Of a stretch of DNA of 64,000 bases, positions 1-11,200 are shown piece after piece. The position numbers and the translations under genes are program-made. Position 1 is the stretch's first letter. Each line of letters begins with the position of its first letter. The stretch lies in the IMG/VR virus record IMGVR_UViG_2690315925_000005, one strand, 5' to 3'. The stretch is from an uncultured virus (IMG/VR IMGVR_UViG_2690315925_000005) (lineage: Duplodnaviria > Heunggongvirae > Uroviricota > Caudoviricetes). The notes below the pieces were generated by a model that was given only the letters and a program-made list of their open reading frames with translations, ran no database searches and was not told where the DNA came from.

Positions 1-504
1 ATGAGCAAGAACAGCGGCAAGGATAAAGCAAAGAGCGCGACGGCCAACAAGACCATCGCGTTGAACAAGCGTGCCCGCCACGAGTACCACATCGAAGAAC
101 GCTTCGAGGCCGGCCTGGCACTGCAGGGCTGGGAGGTGAAGTCGATCCGCGCTGGCCGCGGCAACATCATCGATGCCTACGCCTACGTGAAGCACGGCGA
201 GATCTTCCTGATCGGCGCCCAGATCACCCCGTTGATCCAGGCCTCCACCCACGTGGTGGCCAACGACCGGCGCGAGCGCAAGCTGCTGCTGCACCGGAGC
301 GAGATCGACAAGCTGGTCGGCAAGGTCGAGCGCGATGGCTACACCATCGTGCCCACCGCGATGTACTGGAGCAAGAACAAGATCAAGCTCGAAGTCGCGC
401 TGGCCAAGGGCAAGCAGACCCACGACAAGCGCGATGCCGCCAAGGACCGCGACTGGGCGATCGAGAAGCAGCGCGTGATGCGTCGCGGCAACCGCGACGC
501 GTAA
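1..504 (+). CDS. smpB: SsrA-binding protein SmpB
   Basis: [34 protein letters not shown] and KGKQTHDKR motifs; syntenic with ssrA once the prophage is removed. Confidence 0.98.
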   Translation: MSKNSGKDKAKSATANKTIALNKRARHEYHIEERFEAGLALQGWEVKSIRAGRGNIIDAYAYVKHGEIFLIGAQITPLIQASTHVVANDRRERKLLLHRSEIDKLVGKVERDGYTIVPTAMYWSKNKIKLEVALAKGKQTHDKRDAAKDRDWAIEKQRVMRRGNRDA

Positions 505-522
505 GGCCGCTGCGCATCACCC

Positions 523-620
523 TGTAAAGCCGAGCCATGCTCGGCTGTCTTGGTCTTCTGTAGAGCCGAGCCATGCTCGGCTTCGGTAAGAAAAGCAGTC
601 GAGCATGGCTCGACGCTACA
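523..620. repeat. Cluster of three GTAG-type REP (SMAG-like) palindromes
   Basis: TGTA(A/G)AGCCGAGCCATGCTCGGCT at 523 and 559, inverted variant at 597-620, between convergent genes. Confidence 0.85.
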
Positions 621-629
621 AAAGGCGGG

Positions 630-1202
630 TCACCCCGCCAGCATGCCCTGCCCGCGCATGCGCGGCGCCAGCGCCGCGTGCATCACCGCCAGGTGCATCA
701 CCACCGCCAGTTCCGGCGCGTAGCGGTCATCGCCTTCCCGCCACTGCTGGGCCAGCTGCGCGGCATCATCGGGCAGCAACGACAGCAACTGGGCATCATC
801 CAGCGCATCGGCGGCGCCCTGCAGCTGGCGCGCCAACTGCCGCGACTGCCACACGTGCACGCCAATACTGAGACTGGCCAGCGACATCAGGACCACGGCC
901 AGCCCGTGCTCGAACCACTGCGACAGCACTTCCGGGCCCCACAGCAGGGCCGCCAGTACGGCCAGGCCCGGTAGGCGCCAGCCGAGCCAATGGATGCGCC
1001 CGCGCTGCGACCAGTGCACCACCACCGCGCTGGCGACCAGTGCCGCTGCGGCCGTGGCCGGCAACTCCGTCACCCAGGTGGCCGCCAGCAGCACCGCCAG
1101 CACGGCCCAGACCCAGCCGGGCGGCAACGCGCGCCGCCGATAGTCGGCACCGACCGGCCCGATCAGCTGTCGCAGGCTGCGTTGTTGGCTTGCCTCGGTC
1201 AC
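630..1202 (-). CDS. Host hypothetical membrane protein
   Basis: 190-aa ORF with about 4 hydrophobic segments; lies outside attL. Confidence 0.7.
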   Translation of the reverse strand: MTEASQQRSLRQLIGPVGADYRRRALPPGWVWAVLAVLLAATWVTELPATAAAALVASAVVVHWSQRGRIHWLGWRLPGLAVLAALLWGPEVLSQWFEHGLAVVLMSLASLSIGVHVWQSRQLARQLQGAADALDDAQLLSLLPDDAAQLAQQWREGDDRYAPELAVVMHLAVMHAALAPRMRGQGMLAG

Positions 1203-1414
1203 CCACAGTCTCCGTGTCTGTCTTGGCCTGGATCGTGATGGCCAGTGTGTCGCAAATTCGTGCCCATGACGTTACCAATCCGCTATGACGGCGGCTCTAC
1301 AACGTGTTGTGGATTGCAAAGGTGACTGTTCAGCTGCTTTGCCGTAGCATTGCAACCGTTGGGCAGGCCCTGACCGTGGCAACGCGGGATCGGCCCTGTA
1401 CCTTGCAGCACTGT

Positions 1415-1433
1415 AGAAACCGGGGGTGCATTG
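1415..1433 (+). repeat. attL core (19 bp, includes first 12 nt of tmRNA)
   Basis: Exact match to 60408-60426. Confidence 0.9.
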
Positions 1434-1479
1434 TCCCCGTGACGCCATCGGAGCCGGTTTCCAGGAAGCAGAAATAACG

Positions 1480-1513
1480 AAGCCCATCAATGCTTTAGCT
1501 TGATGGGCTTTTT
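1480..1513 (+). terminator. Intrinsic terminator just inside attL
   Basis: AAGCCCATCAA-9 nt-TTGATGGGCTT followed by T run. Confidence 0.75.
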
Positions 1514-1530
1514 CATTCATGACTGCCGAA

Positions 1531-1597
1531 TGGGCAGAAATGGGCATCGATTGGCAGCGTTTGGTCAACTTCTTGGTCAACATTCGGTGTTGACCAA
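1531..1597. promoter_or_regulatory. Putative Xis and integrase arm-binding repeats (left end)
   Basis: T(G/T)GGCA at 10-bp period (1531, 1541, 1551); two direct TTGGTCAAC plus one inverted copy; TTCTTGGTCAACATT also occurs at 60356. Confidence 0.65.
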
Positions 1598-1606
1598 CGC
1601 CACGAG

Positions 1607-2209
1607 TTAGCCTGCCGGCGGGGCGCCGAGAAGCTGGTTCTCATCTTCGAGTGCCTTGATCGAATCGCCTAGCACCTTGTGGAACATTTTGTTTTGAACA
1701 TCCACCTGTTGCCAGCTTTTCGCCGCGCTCCCTTCAAACGTGGCGTCCATGGCATCCATCACTACCTTGATCACCGCGTTCAGCGCGGCAACTACTTGCT
1801 CCGTGTGGATTCTCGCGTGGAAAGGCACTAGCTCAGCGGCGCTGACCCTGAGCTCTTCTTTTGCCTGGTCAGACGCCATCGCCTGCCCCCAGTTGCTCCC
1901 GGCGGCGAACATTGTCTGCCGCTGGTGCATGACGATCGTTGCGGCACGGACGAAGCGAACCATCAGCGGCTGAAGAGCCAGCAGATTCTCGCGCTCGGCT
2001 TCCAACCTTCGCAGTCGTAGAGCGTCATATCGTTGCTCCCATCTATGCCTGTTCTGGTTGCCGACTCGGCGCCGTTCCATGAAATAGTCGAAGCCGGCCT
2101 TCATCCCAAAGCCAAGAATCAGCGTAAGAATCGGGAAGCCGTACTTCCAGAAATCGCCCGCCGACTCTGCCGCTGGCGCCGCGGGCGCAATCAGAATCTC
2201 TATTGGCAT
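1607..2209 (-). CDS. Membrane-anchored accessory (moron) protein
   Basis: 200 aa, single N-terminal TM (YGFPILTLILGFGM) then helical domain; GAGGAG upstream. Confidence 0.7.
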   Translation of the reverse strand: MPIEILIAPAAPAAESAGDFWKYGFPILTLILGFGMKAGFDYFMERRRVGNQNRHRWEQRYDALRLRRLEAERENLLALQPLMVRFVRAATIVMHQRQTMFAAGSNWGQAMASDQAKEELRVSAAELVPFHARIHTEQVVAALNAVIKVVMDAMDATFEGSAAKSWQQVDVQNKMFHKVLGDSIKALEDENQLLGAPPAG

Positions 2210-2312
2210 GCTGTTCTCGTCCTCCTCGGTGAGCGCATATCCCGCCTGAACGGTTTGCCGAATTGATCAAATCGCCGATTTGAGGAAACCGGCGCCACAG
2301 CGGACGCGAAGA

Positions 2313-2750
2313 CTACTCGCCTTCCATTCCCGGAAACGGTGGCTTCAGGTGGCCCTTGGCCAGCCGATTGCCTCGGATCGCTTCTCGCCACCCGACGATC
2401 TTTGCCACGTCGTCCCGCAGCCTCGCCTCGTGCTTGGTCACCCAGAGCTCGGCGCCGGCGCACCCCATTGACGGACTGCCATGCGCACAAACTCCTTTGC
2501 GTCCATAGCATCCACCGGAGAGGTCTCGCTGTGAACGTAGTAGTCCCCCACCCTTACTCGCCCAAGGGTTCCACATCACAGGACAGGTGTAGCAGGAATT
2601 CTGCGTCCTCCTGCTCGTCATCAACAGGCTCGATCCCGAGCTCTTCCCGCAACTCCTGGGACAACCACTTGGCATGCGACCTGACAGTGTCAACGACGAC
2701 ACTCCCGTAAGCCATTACGTCCTCGGCAATCAAGGACGTTGAACACGAGG
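2313..2750 (-). pseudogene. Decayed gene fragments
   Basis: Protein-like text (..IAEDVMAY/GVVVDTVRSHAKWLSQELREELGIEP..) broken by a frameshift and a stop; the tail AGAELWVTKHEARLRDDVAKI resembles a small Stenotrophomonas prophage protein. Confidence 0.4.
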
Positions 2751-3172
2751 TGCCTATAACGGGAATTCACATGCGACCGCCAGTGCCGGAGAGGGGGTGA
2801 CCGTGCCGCGATCCTATCTCACCGACTGAGACACCGGTAGGCCGGCACAGCCTGTCCAACCAGGTTCGGTGGCTCCGAGTCAAGCCAAAGGCGACTCTGT
2901 GCCGGCGCTGCGCTGCCCAGGCGCCCCTGGGTTGAGCTGCCTGCGCCAGAACGTAATGCCTCATCAGATCTGGCTGAGAGGGGTGGCTGCAGCTATAGAC
3001 AGGCCGAGATACTGGCGCTATAACTACCTCAAATGTTAACGATAAATGAACATTCAATTCATAAATTATTGACATTGGCATTGAACGCCAAGCCACGAAA
3101 TCGATACCGCGAGCTTCCCTCGTTCCACCTGTTTAAAGCGCACACCGACAAAGACAGCACAAGGTAAGAGAA

Positions 3173-4087
3173 ATGACTAGAAGATCTTGGCGAGCCACTG
3201 CAATTGTCATAGCAGGCCTCCTGACTGTGATGCTGCTGTACAGAATCAATGTCGGCAACAATGCAGACCCTGAATCTGGATCGACCAGTAGAGCGGGTGC
3301 AGGCGACATCACACCTGCACATTCAGGTGGATCGGCACACCTCAATGCCGAGGTCAAGAATGACCGAAACCAGCTCAAACCAGTGGCTAGAGTCCCTGGC
3401 AGCTTTCAATCCCACTTCATGGATGTAAAACGAAGAGCAGAGCATGGCTCTCCAGAAGCACAAAGAGAGCTATCCGAGATCTATGGAAGATGCATGGCGA
3501 TCGGCACATCGCCAACGAAGTTTCTCGCCGGAATTGATGCAATCAGCAAGCAATCCCGCGACGCCAGATCATCAGCGCTGCTTATAGATGCAGCCAACGA
3601 CCTGGTAACAACATGCGCCGAGGTGGATGGCGGAGCTCCAGTCCCTGTCGATGCCAACAAGCTATGGCTCGAAGCAGCAGCAAGCGGAGGCGACCTAGCG
3701 GCGCAGGTCCGTCTGAAAATGATGTATCCATATGACTCGGTCAACTACGAGATCGAGACTTTGTATAAGAACGCAGTCGCCGCAGGAGACGAACGAGCTC
3801 TATTCGACCTAGGGCAGTTACTTCTGCAGAAGAATGACATTCCAGAAACGAAGTATTCCGGAGCCCTTTCAGGGAAGCTGGGACCGTACGCACTCCAGAT
3901 TGCAGCGTGCAGATATGGACTCGACTGCAGCGCCAAATCCGAAGTAATGAAATCGCTATGCCTCAACACGACTGCGTGCAATTTCACCGATTACGAGAGC
4001 TTCATCCGATCAATGATCATCCCAAAGAGCGAGACAGAACAACTAAACGATAAGATAAATAGAATAATCACAACACTACCCAACTGA
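3173..4087 (+). CDS. Exported Cys-rich protein with Sel1-like helices (moron)
   Basis: N-terminal signal/anchor, AEHGSPEAQREL and WLEAAASGGDLAAQ repeats, C-terminal Cys cluster; lower GC than flanks. Confidence 0.8.
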   Translation: MTRRSWRATAIVIAGLLTVMLLYRINVGNNADPESGSTSRAGAGDITPAHSGGSAHLNAEVKNDRNQLKPVARVPGSFQSHFMDVKRRAEHGSPEAQRELSEIYGRCMAIGTSPTKFLAGIDAISKQSRDARSSALLIDAANDLVTTCAEVDGGAPVPVDANKLWLEAAASGGDLAAQVRLKMMYPYDSVNYEIETLYKNAVAAGDERALFDLGQLLLQKNDIPETKYSGALSGKLGPYALQIAACRYGLDCSAKSEVMKSLCLNTTACNFTDYESFIRSMIIPKSETEQLNDKINRIITTLPN

Positions 4088-4102
4088 GAATAAGGAAATT
4101 TC

Positions 4103-4594
4103 ATGGAAAAGCAAAGTAAAAGGCGCAGAAGAATTGGAATTATTCTGGCAATGATGGCATTCGCAGCAATTGCAAAATCCATCTCCATTGACGCCACAAA
4201 GCTACCCTACAGCCAAGTGGCTCCCGCTGAAGAAGTAGGCGTTTCCGACATGGTGGAACACCGACTTGCCGCTCTCTTGGGGCTGGTCAGCATGTATCGG
4301 ACTGTGAATGGCTTTGCATCAGTCCCCGTCGGCACAACAGTCAAAGTGACCTACTATGACGGCAGCAAGGAGGAGGCATTGGTCACATGCCTGGCCGGAT
4401 CGCCCTGTGTTCAACCTGTTCCTGGAACGCAGAAAGCAGCTCCGGATGAAAATGGTGGCGGGATGGCCGGCGGCGGCGGAGACATGGGCGATTGGGGCGG
4501 TCATGGCGGAGGGATTGGCGGACCGAGCTTGGGCGGTGGTTGCGTAGGCAGATGCAACGGCGATGTAGAGGTCGGACCGATTCAGCAGATCTGA
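4103..4594 (+). CDS. Secreted protein with Gly-rich C-terminus (moron)
   Basis: Basic+hydrophobic signal peptide, two Cys pairs, poly-Gly tail; TAAGGA SD. Confidence 0.8.
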   Translation: MEKQSKRRRRIGIILAMMAFAAIAKSISIDATKLPYSQVAPAEEVGVSDMVEHRLAALLGLVSMYRTVNGFASVPVGTTVKVTYYDGSKEEALVTCLAGSPCVQPVPGTQKAAPDENGGGMAGGGGDMGDWGGHGGGIGGPSLGGGCVGRCNGDVEVGPIQQI

Positions 4595-4608
4595 TACAGT
4601 TGTGACAG

Positions 4609-4637
4609 ACCCAGCCCCAACAGGAGCTGGGTTTTTT
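4609..4637 (+). terminator. Intrinsic terminator of moron operon
   Basis: ACCCAGC-loop-GCTGGGT then T run. Confidence 0.8.
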
Positions 4638-4793
4638 ATTGATGCACTAAAATCTTAGGTCTCGCGAACCGTACTCTAATAGACAGCGGTGATCTGGGCG
4701 GAATAGCGAATGGCCGGATTACATCGTGCTGGCCTAATGGCTCCGTGAGCGCCCAGGGCAGTTGAAGGGGCCGCCGAAGCGGTCCCTGGGACC

Positions 4794-4982
4794 TCACAAG
4801 TCCGGCAAGCCCAATCGTCTCCGCATGGCCGCGAGGAGCACGAATGAGGTCCGCACCAGCGCGTGCTGGTCACGTGTCAGCTGGTCATACATATCCAGCA
4901 CCTCCGGCGGGATCTGCCCTAGCCGGCCTGCTTTGAAGGCCTCCATCGAGACCACCTGAGCCTTGTGGCGCTCATCTTCCAT
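4794..4982 (-). CDS. Small hypothetical protein (62 aa)
   Basis: GGAG SD before MEDERHKAQVV; start uncertain. Confidence 0.5.
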   Translation of the reverse strand: MEDERHKAQVVSMEAFKAGRLGQIPPEVLDMYDQLTRDQHALVRTSFVLLAAMRRRLGLPDL

Positions 4983-5245
4983 GCCCTTCTCCAGCGTCTG
5001 GCGGCGGGAGTGCCGCCCCCTCGATGCCTTGGACCCCACCTCCAAGCCTGTTGCAGGCGAAAGAAAGCCAGCACCACTGTCCCTCGACTGGGCTTTCTCC
5101 TGCGATCCCTTTCCACTGGCCACCACCTGCAAGTCCTTCTTGTCCATCAACCAATGCCCCTGTATCGATAGGGCCGGCACCATCGCCGGCGTCTTCACAT
5201 TGGTTTCATCCAAGCAGATCCGATGGCGGCGCAAAGTTGCAGCAA

Positions 5246-8200
5246 CTACTCCGTCACGGCTTTGTTCAGACGCGCGGCCAGCTTCGGGTTGAGGATGACG
5301 CCGGCCTCGGCCCTGGCGCTATAGCGGGCGCGGTTCTTGATGGACTGCTGCAGACCGCTCGAGGTGATCGCCAGCTCCGGGTTGGCCTTGTTGAAGGCGC
5401 CGATCTTGCTGAGCACCGAAGCCCGGTCGCTGGCGTCGCCGTTGCGCAGGGCCATGGCGAAGGCGTTCACCAGCGACTTGCGGCGGTCGAGAATGTGCTG
5501 CTCGTAGTTCTTCAGCGCGCGCGTCGTCTCGTACTGCCTGGACACCTTCTCCGGCGCAAAGCCGTTGGCCTGGAGCAGGATCTCCCAGGGCGACAGATCA
5601 GCCACGACGGGGTCGCCGCGCAGGGTGTTCACGCCTTGGGTGGCGTAGCGGCCCGCCTTGATCATGTCCTTCAGGCCCTTCGGCAGCATGGTCTCGACGC
5701 CGCGCATGATGTGGCCCTCGTCGACCTGCTGCTTGCCGACCAGCACGTTCTTCAGCACGCCACCCATCGGGCCCGCCGCCTGCTCGAGCAGGTTGTTGAA
5801 CATGCCGCGGCCGTCGAGCTCGCGATCAGCATCACGGATCCACAGGCTGTCGAGCCCGACGCGGCCGGAAATGTTCGCTCCGGTCAGCTTATCGGCCGGG
5901 CCATGTAGCAGCAGATCCGCGCCGCTCTGCCCCAGCATGCCGGTGAGGAATGCCCGCAGTTCCGTTTCGGCATCCCAGGGCTCGTCGTCATCGCCGAAGG
6001 TGGCCTGGATCCCGTTCAACGCCCCCATGATCATGCCCATCATTGGCAGGCCCATCGCGCCCGAGAACAACGCGCTCATGCCCAGCAGGCCGGTCAAGTT
6101 GCGACGGGCGACCTGGCGCACCTGCGGATCCTGCCCCTTGGTCGCCTGCCACACCATGCGCCCGAGCGCCCAGGTCATGTTCAGGCTGTACTGCCGGAAC
6201 ATCAGCAGCACCTTGGCGGTGCCGCTCTGCATGAAGCGGGCACGGTTGGCGTTGCTGTAGTCGAAGTGGGTGTCGAAGATGGCGTCCCGGGCGAATTTCA
6301 CCGCCTCGTCGAACGACTTGCCATCCGCGCGCGCCAGACGGTAGGCGGCCATACCCGTCGCCTCGCGGTTGATGACCTCGGTCTTGTGGAAGCCCCAGCC
6401 GATGATCTCCATGGCCTTGCTCCAGGCCGGGTTGTAGCCCGTCATGCCGCCTTCGGCGATGCCGGCCAGGTTGTGGGCCTGCGTCTTCTCGATCGCGCCG
6501 GCGACTTCCAGCGCCTGGTAGGCACGGAGCTCGTCGGGGTCGGTCAGGGTCTTCTGGATGTTGCCCACCGTGCGCACAGCATCACGGCTGGCGGCCAGCA
6601 GGTAGTTCATGGCCTTGACCCCGCCGTGGCGGGCGGCCAGGTAGGGGTAGCTGACCAGGGCCGTCTGGGTCACGTTCACCAGCGCCGCGGCTGGCGTGGC
6701 GCCCAGGTAGTAGGTGAAGCCGAACGACGAGATCAGGTTGGTCAGCGCCGAGTCGGTCGGGTTCATGATCCATTCGTGCCGCTTGCCCAGCTCTTCCAGG
6801 AGGGCGTCGCCGGCCACGATCTTTCGTGTGTCGACGCTGGGAGATGCCTGGATCTCCTTTTGTGCCTCCTTGAGGTCGATCAGCACACCCTGCAGCTTGT
6901 GGGCGTATCGCAGTCGGGCCAGCTGGTGCGACCCGTGCTGCATGTTATAGGCGAAGGCACGCACGGCGTCAGGGTCGAAGCCAGGCACCGACTTGCGGTG
7001 GATCTGGTGCTTGCGCATCGACAGTTCCGGCATGGTCTGCAGGTACAGCTGGTACACCTGATCCTGGACAGCGTCGGAGACGTGGGACGTCCGCAGTTGA
7101 TCGATCACATCGGCAACGAAGGTGCCGCTCGGTGCGTCGGTCGCCTTGCCCTCCATCTTCTGCCCTCGAGCGGTAATAGCCCACTCCCTGCGCTCGAGAT
7201 CCTTCACGGCGCGGTCCAGCTCATTCAGCGATTCGAACATCAGGAATGTGTTGGTACCGTCCTTCTCCGCTGCAACGAAGAACTTGCCGAAGCGCTGCAG
7301 GGGGAAGTAGACACCCTGCAGGCGGGCGGACTCGAACTGCTCTCGGATCTTGATCACCAGCATGCGGCGGCTACTGTCGCTGAGGACCTGTCCCCCGACC
7401 AGGTCGCTGCCCTTCAAGTCCTCGATGCGTTGGACCAACGCCTCTTCGACCGCCTCGGACCTTGCTCGATACGCATCACGGAACTGCAGGTAGAACGACT
7501 TCGCTTCTGGCGACAGCTGAGACCACTGCTCAACCAACGGAGCGTACTGCCGGCGCCGGCGCGGCTCCGCCTTCAGCATGGCCTTCAGTGCTTTGACCTC
7601 ATTCATGATGTTCGTCTTGGTGTCACCGCTGCGCTCCCGCATCTGCTGTTGCTTCACCTTGATGGCGTGCAGCACATTCTTGCGATTGACCTCCTGCAGG
7701 CCTTTCTCACCCGGCATCCGGAACTGCAGCGCCTGGTACTCACGTGAGGGGTCAACGCCGTCCATGGTGGCTTGGTGCATGAGATCGAACAGGCGCCGGC
7801 TTTCGGCCTTGTTCTTGCTGGCCCACTGGCGCGCCGCCTCCGCAATCGTGTCGGCCTCTGCCTGCAGCTTGTTCCGGTCCGCCTGCATCTCGGCCAGGTA
7901 GTCCGAATAGCGATCGATGGTTGGAAAGTAATCGCGCCCAAGCTCGGTCAGGTGTCGGGTTGCCAAAGCACCGAGCCAGGTGGGCCGCAACGTGTCTTTC
8001 ACCTTGCTAGGGGAGAGGCCTTCCAAATTCTGCCGGGCACGCGCCAGCACTTCTTCTCCCTCAACACCCTGCTGGATAGCATCGATGTCCGCGAGAGCGT
8101 CCGCCGGCGGCATGCTGAAGAGGCGGCCGCGGGCGGCCCGTGTCACCTCGGCGCCGTTGGGCAGCACCACGCTCCAGGTGCGCGGCCCACGCTCAACCGG

Positions 8201-11200
8201 ATCGGCCAGCACCTGGCCGCCGGTGCGCTCTGCCTCAGCGCGCGCGGCGCCAAGGGTCAGGAAGTCGGCCGGTCGGCCGCGCTCGTCGGCGAGATACCAC
8301 TGATCATCGCGGCGGAGAAATCGACCGCCGTTCTGCTCGAGGAAGGCTTCGCCGCGGGCATCGATCTGCGGCTGCGCGAACGAGTAGGACCGGACCATTT
8401 CCCGCTGGGCCTGCGCTGACATGCCGGCGCGCAGGAAACCGTCGGCCTGGCTCAACAGGTCCCGAACCTCGGTCTCGGACCACTTGAGCGAGGGCATCAC
8501 GCGGCGCAGGAAGCGGCGCACCGCTGAAGCGACACGGCTGGTGAAGCTGTTCCTGATCCCCCGCTCGGCCATGACGGCGATCGCTTCCTTGGCGAAGGTC
8601 TCACGATCGACAGTGCCGTAGCGCCTGGTCACATCAGCCAGCACCGACTTCAATGCAGCGGTACCGGTTCCGTCAGCGGCGAGCTTGTCGATCGCGTCAA
8701 CGATCTGGGTCCAATCCTTGGCCCCCACCACGGACTCAACGCCGTAGTGCCCGATTGCCTCGTGGGCCAGCACCTGAGCAAAGCGCTGCTCGGTGGCGAT
8801 GTTGCCGGCGTTGATCCAGACGGTGGGCCGCCCGTCGTACACACCTTCGGCCCGGCGATAGCCCGGATCGACCTTGGCGCTGGCTGGGAAGTCCTCGGCC
8901 GAGCGCACAACGACCACGCTGGGCGCGTTCTCGCCCCAGTGCTGGGTCAGGTCGGCTTTGAGCTGCAGCGCGCGGTCAAAGTCCAGGCCGCTGCCGGCAG
9001 CGGGTGCAGCGGGTGCAGCGGATCGATTTACCCGCCCGGCGGGCCCAGGTGCTTCAGCTCCGGATCCTTCGCCAGCTGCTCCTTCGCCCACTGGCCGGAG
9101 GCCCGATACTCGGCCTTCAGCGACTCGATCTCGGAGGGCGTCAGCATCGACACGTCCCTTGTCGAGGGTGAGGATGGTGCGGGCTTCGGACTCGGTGAGG
9201 CCTTCGAAGCCGTAGCCGAACTGGTCGCGCCACCAGGGTTCGATTGATCCGAAACGTTCACGGACGTCGGCCAGGCTCTGGGAGTTGAGGGCGATTTTCC
9301 GCGAATAGTCCTTGCCGGTCAAAGCGGTGGCCAGCACAACCTTCCCGCCGTTGTCCTCGATGTGGGTTTTCAGCTGGGCCAGCGTGCCGCCCTGGGTCAG
9401 GGTGTCATCGATCAGGACATAGTCGCGGCCCTTCTCCACCTTGCCGGTGAACGGGGGCTGGTTGGCCAGCCGGTGCAGGGCGTCGCCGGCACTACGGTTG
9501 ACCTTCGCGGCCTGGACGATGTCTTCGGACACCTGCAGTCCCAGCCGCTGGGCCAGCACTTCGGCAGCCATCCGCGGAATCCGGTTGTTGCCCGTGGCTT
9601 CCTGGGACTGCACGGCCACCACCAGGGGCTTGCTGCCCTCCGGCAGCACAGCACGCACGTCCTCGACGAACTCCGGTGTGACGACGTCGCGCGCCACACG
9701 CAGCGCCGCCGCATCGTCGCCGGCCTTGGCTGCATCGTAGTCTGCATGCGCGCTCAGGCGCCCCGGACGATGTGCCGTGACAACGTCCGGGAAGTTGGCC
9801 TCCCACCCTCGCCGCGAGAAGAGAGGATCGGACGATCCCGCCGCGCTGTCCGCTGCTGCGGAGTCACCGCCCTGCCGGCCGGCCTCACCCGGCACAGACT
9901 TCGAAGTCTCAGAGTTCGATGCCGGTTTCGCCTTGGCGTCCCTCTTCACCACTGCCGCCTTGGCCGTCTTGGCGTCCCTTCTCGCCTTACGCTCAGGCTT
10001 CCCAAGCACGGAATCCAGATCGCGCGGAGCCGGGACAGTGCTATGCCAGCGTGGCACCTCATCCGGAAGAGCATTCCCTTCCTTGTCCACCATCTGCACC
10101 TTCACCTGCCAGCGCGGATCCTTCCCGGGCGGCCGGAACTCGATCACCCGATCCCGAGTGTTGCCATACGCGTTCACGATTCTTCCCGGCCGGAAGTAGG
10201 CACCAAGCGTGCCGATGTCATCCCGAACGTACTCGGGGGAGCCTGCCTTGATGCGGACCTTGGGCGTGTAGACCGGGCCGGGTTCATCTGCGGCTGGTGC
10301 TGCAGCAGCTGCAGGTTCACTTCCGCCCGTGGCCGGAACACTACCGGTTTCCGTCGGCACACCTGCGCTTTCGACAGGAGCGCTGACGCTCTGCCCCGTT
10401 TCACCTGCGTTCGGAACTGCCTGCGGCGCTGGCACTGCCTCCGCCGGCTTGCTCCTGGTGACGCGGCGAGTGGTCTTCTTCGGGTCGCGGACCCAAGACT
10501 TGAACTGCTCCTGCGACATTTCCTTGATGCCGCCGAGGCCGGTCCAGCCCTTCGAATAGTTGGCCAGGTAGGTGTCCCGCGCTTCCTGCTCCGAGGCGGT
10601 ACCCATGATCACCTTGTGCTCGTCGAAGGATCCATCCTTGTTCACCTGGTCCACCACGTATACCGGCAGGGCCGGATCCTCAGCGCGGTCGGTCATGAAT
10701 ACGTCGACGTGGTCCTTGTCCTTGCCGACCGTGCCCTTGAAGTAGCCGTAGTGGTTCTTCAGCGCCGGCCAGCGAGGATCCCGCTGGCTACCTGCAGGGT
10801 TCTCGATGCTGATGTCGTGGCCGTTGATGCGGACATGGCCTTTCTTATAGTTACCAGCTTGCTTCTGCGCATCCGACGGGAGCGGCAGATCATTCACAGG
10901 GTTGGTCGCGGCTTCTGCTGCCGCGGTGGCCACCTTCGGCGCATCCGCGGGCACGGCGGCGCTGTCCTGAGCAGGCGTCGCCTCGGCAAGGGGCTGCGCC
11001 GGAGCAGTCTCGGCCAGGCTGGGTGCCTCCGTCGTGCCAACGGCGCCCGGCTCCGAAACCGGTTCGCCAGACACACCGGTGCCCGATTGCAGCGGTGCAT
11101 CATTCGGTGCGAGCTGCAGGCCGCTGGCCAGCGGCGCCGACGCAGAGCGATCGGCAGGCGCTGCATCATCAAGCTGCAGGTCCGCAACCGGTGCCGCTTC

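Noticed and set aside
523..620. Possible novel repeat or sRNA
   Set aside because: Matches ordinary GTAG-type REP elements.
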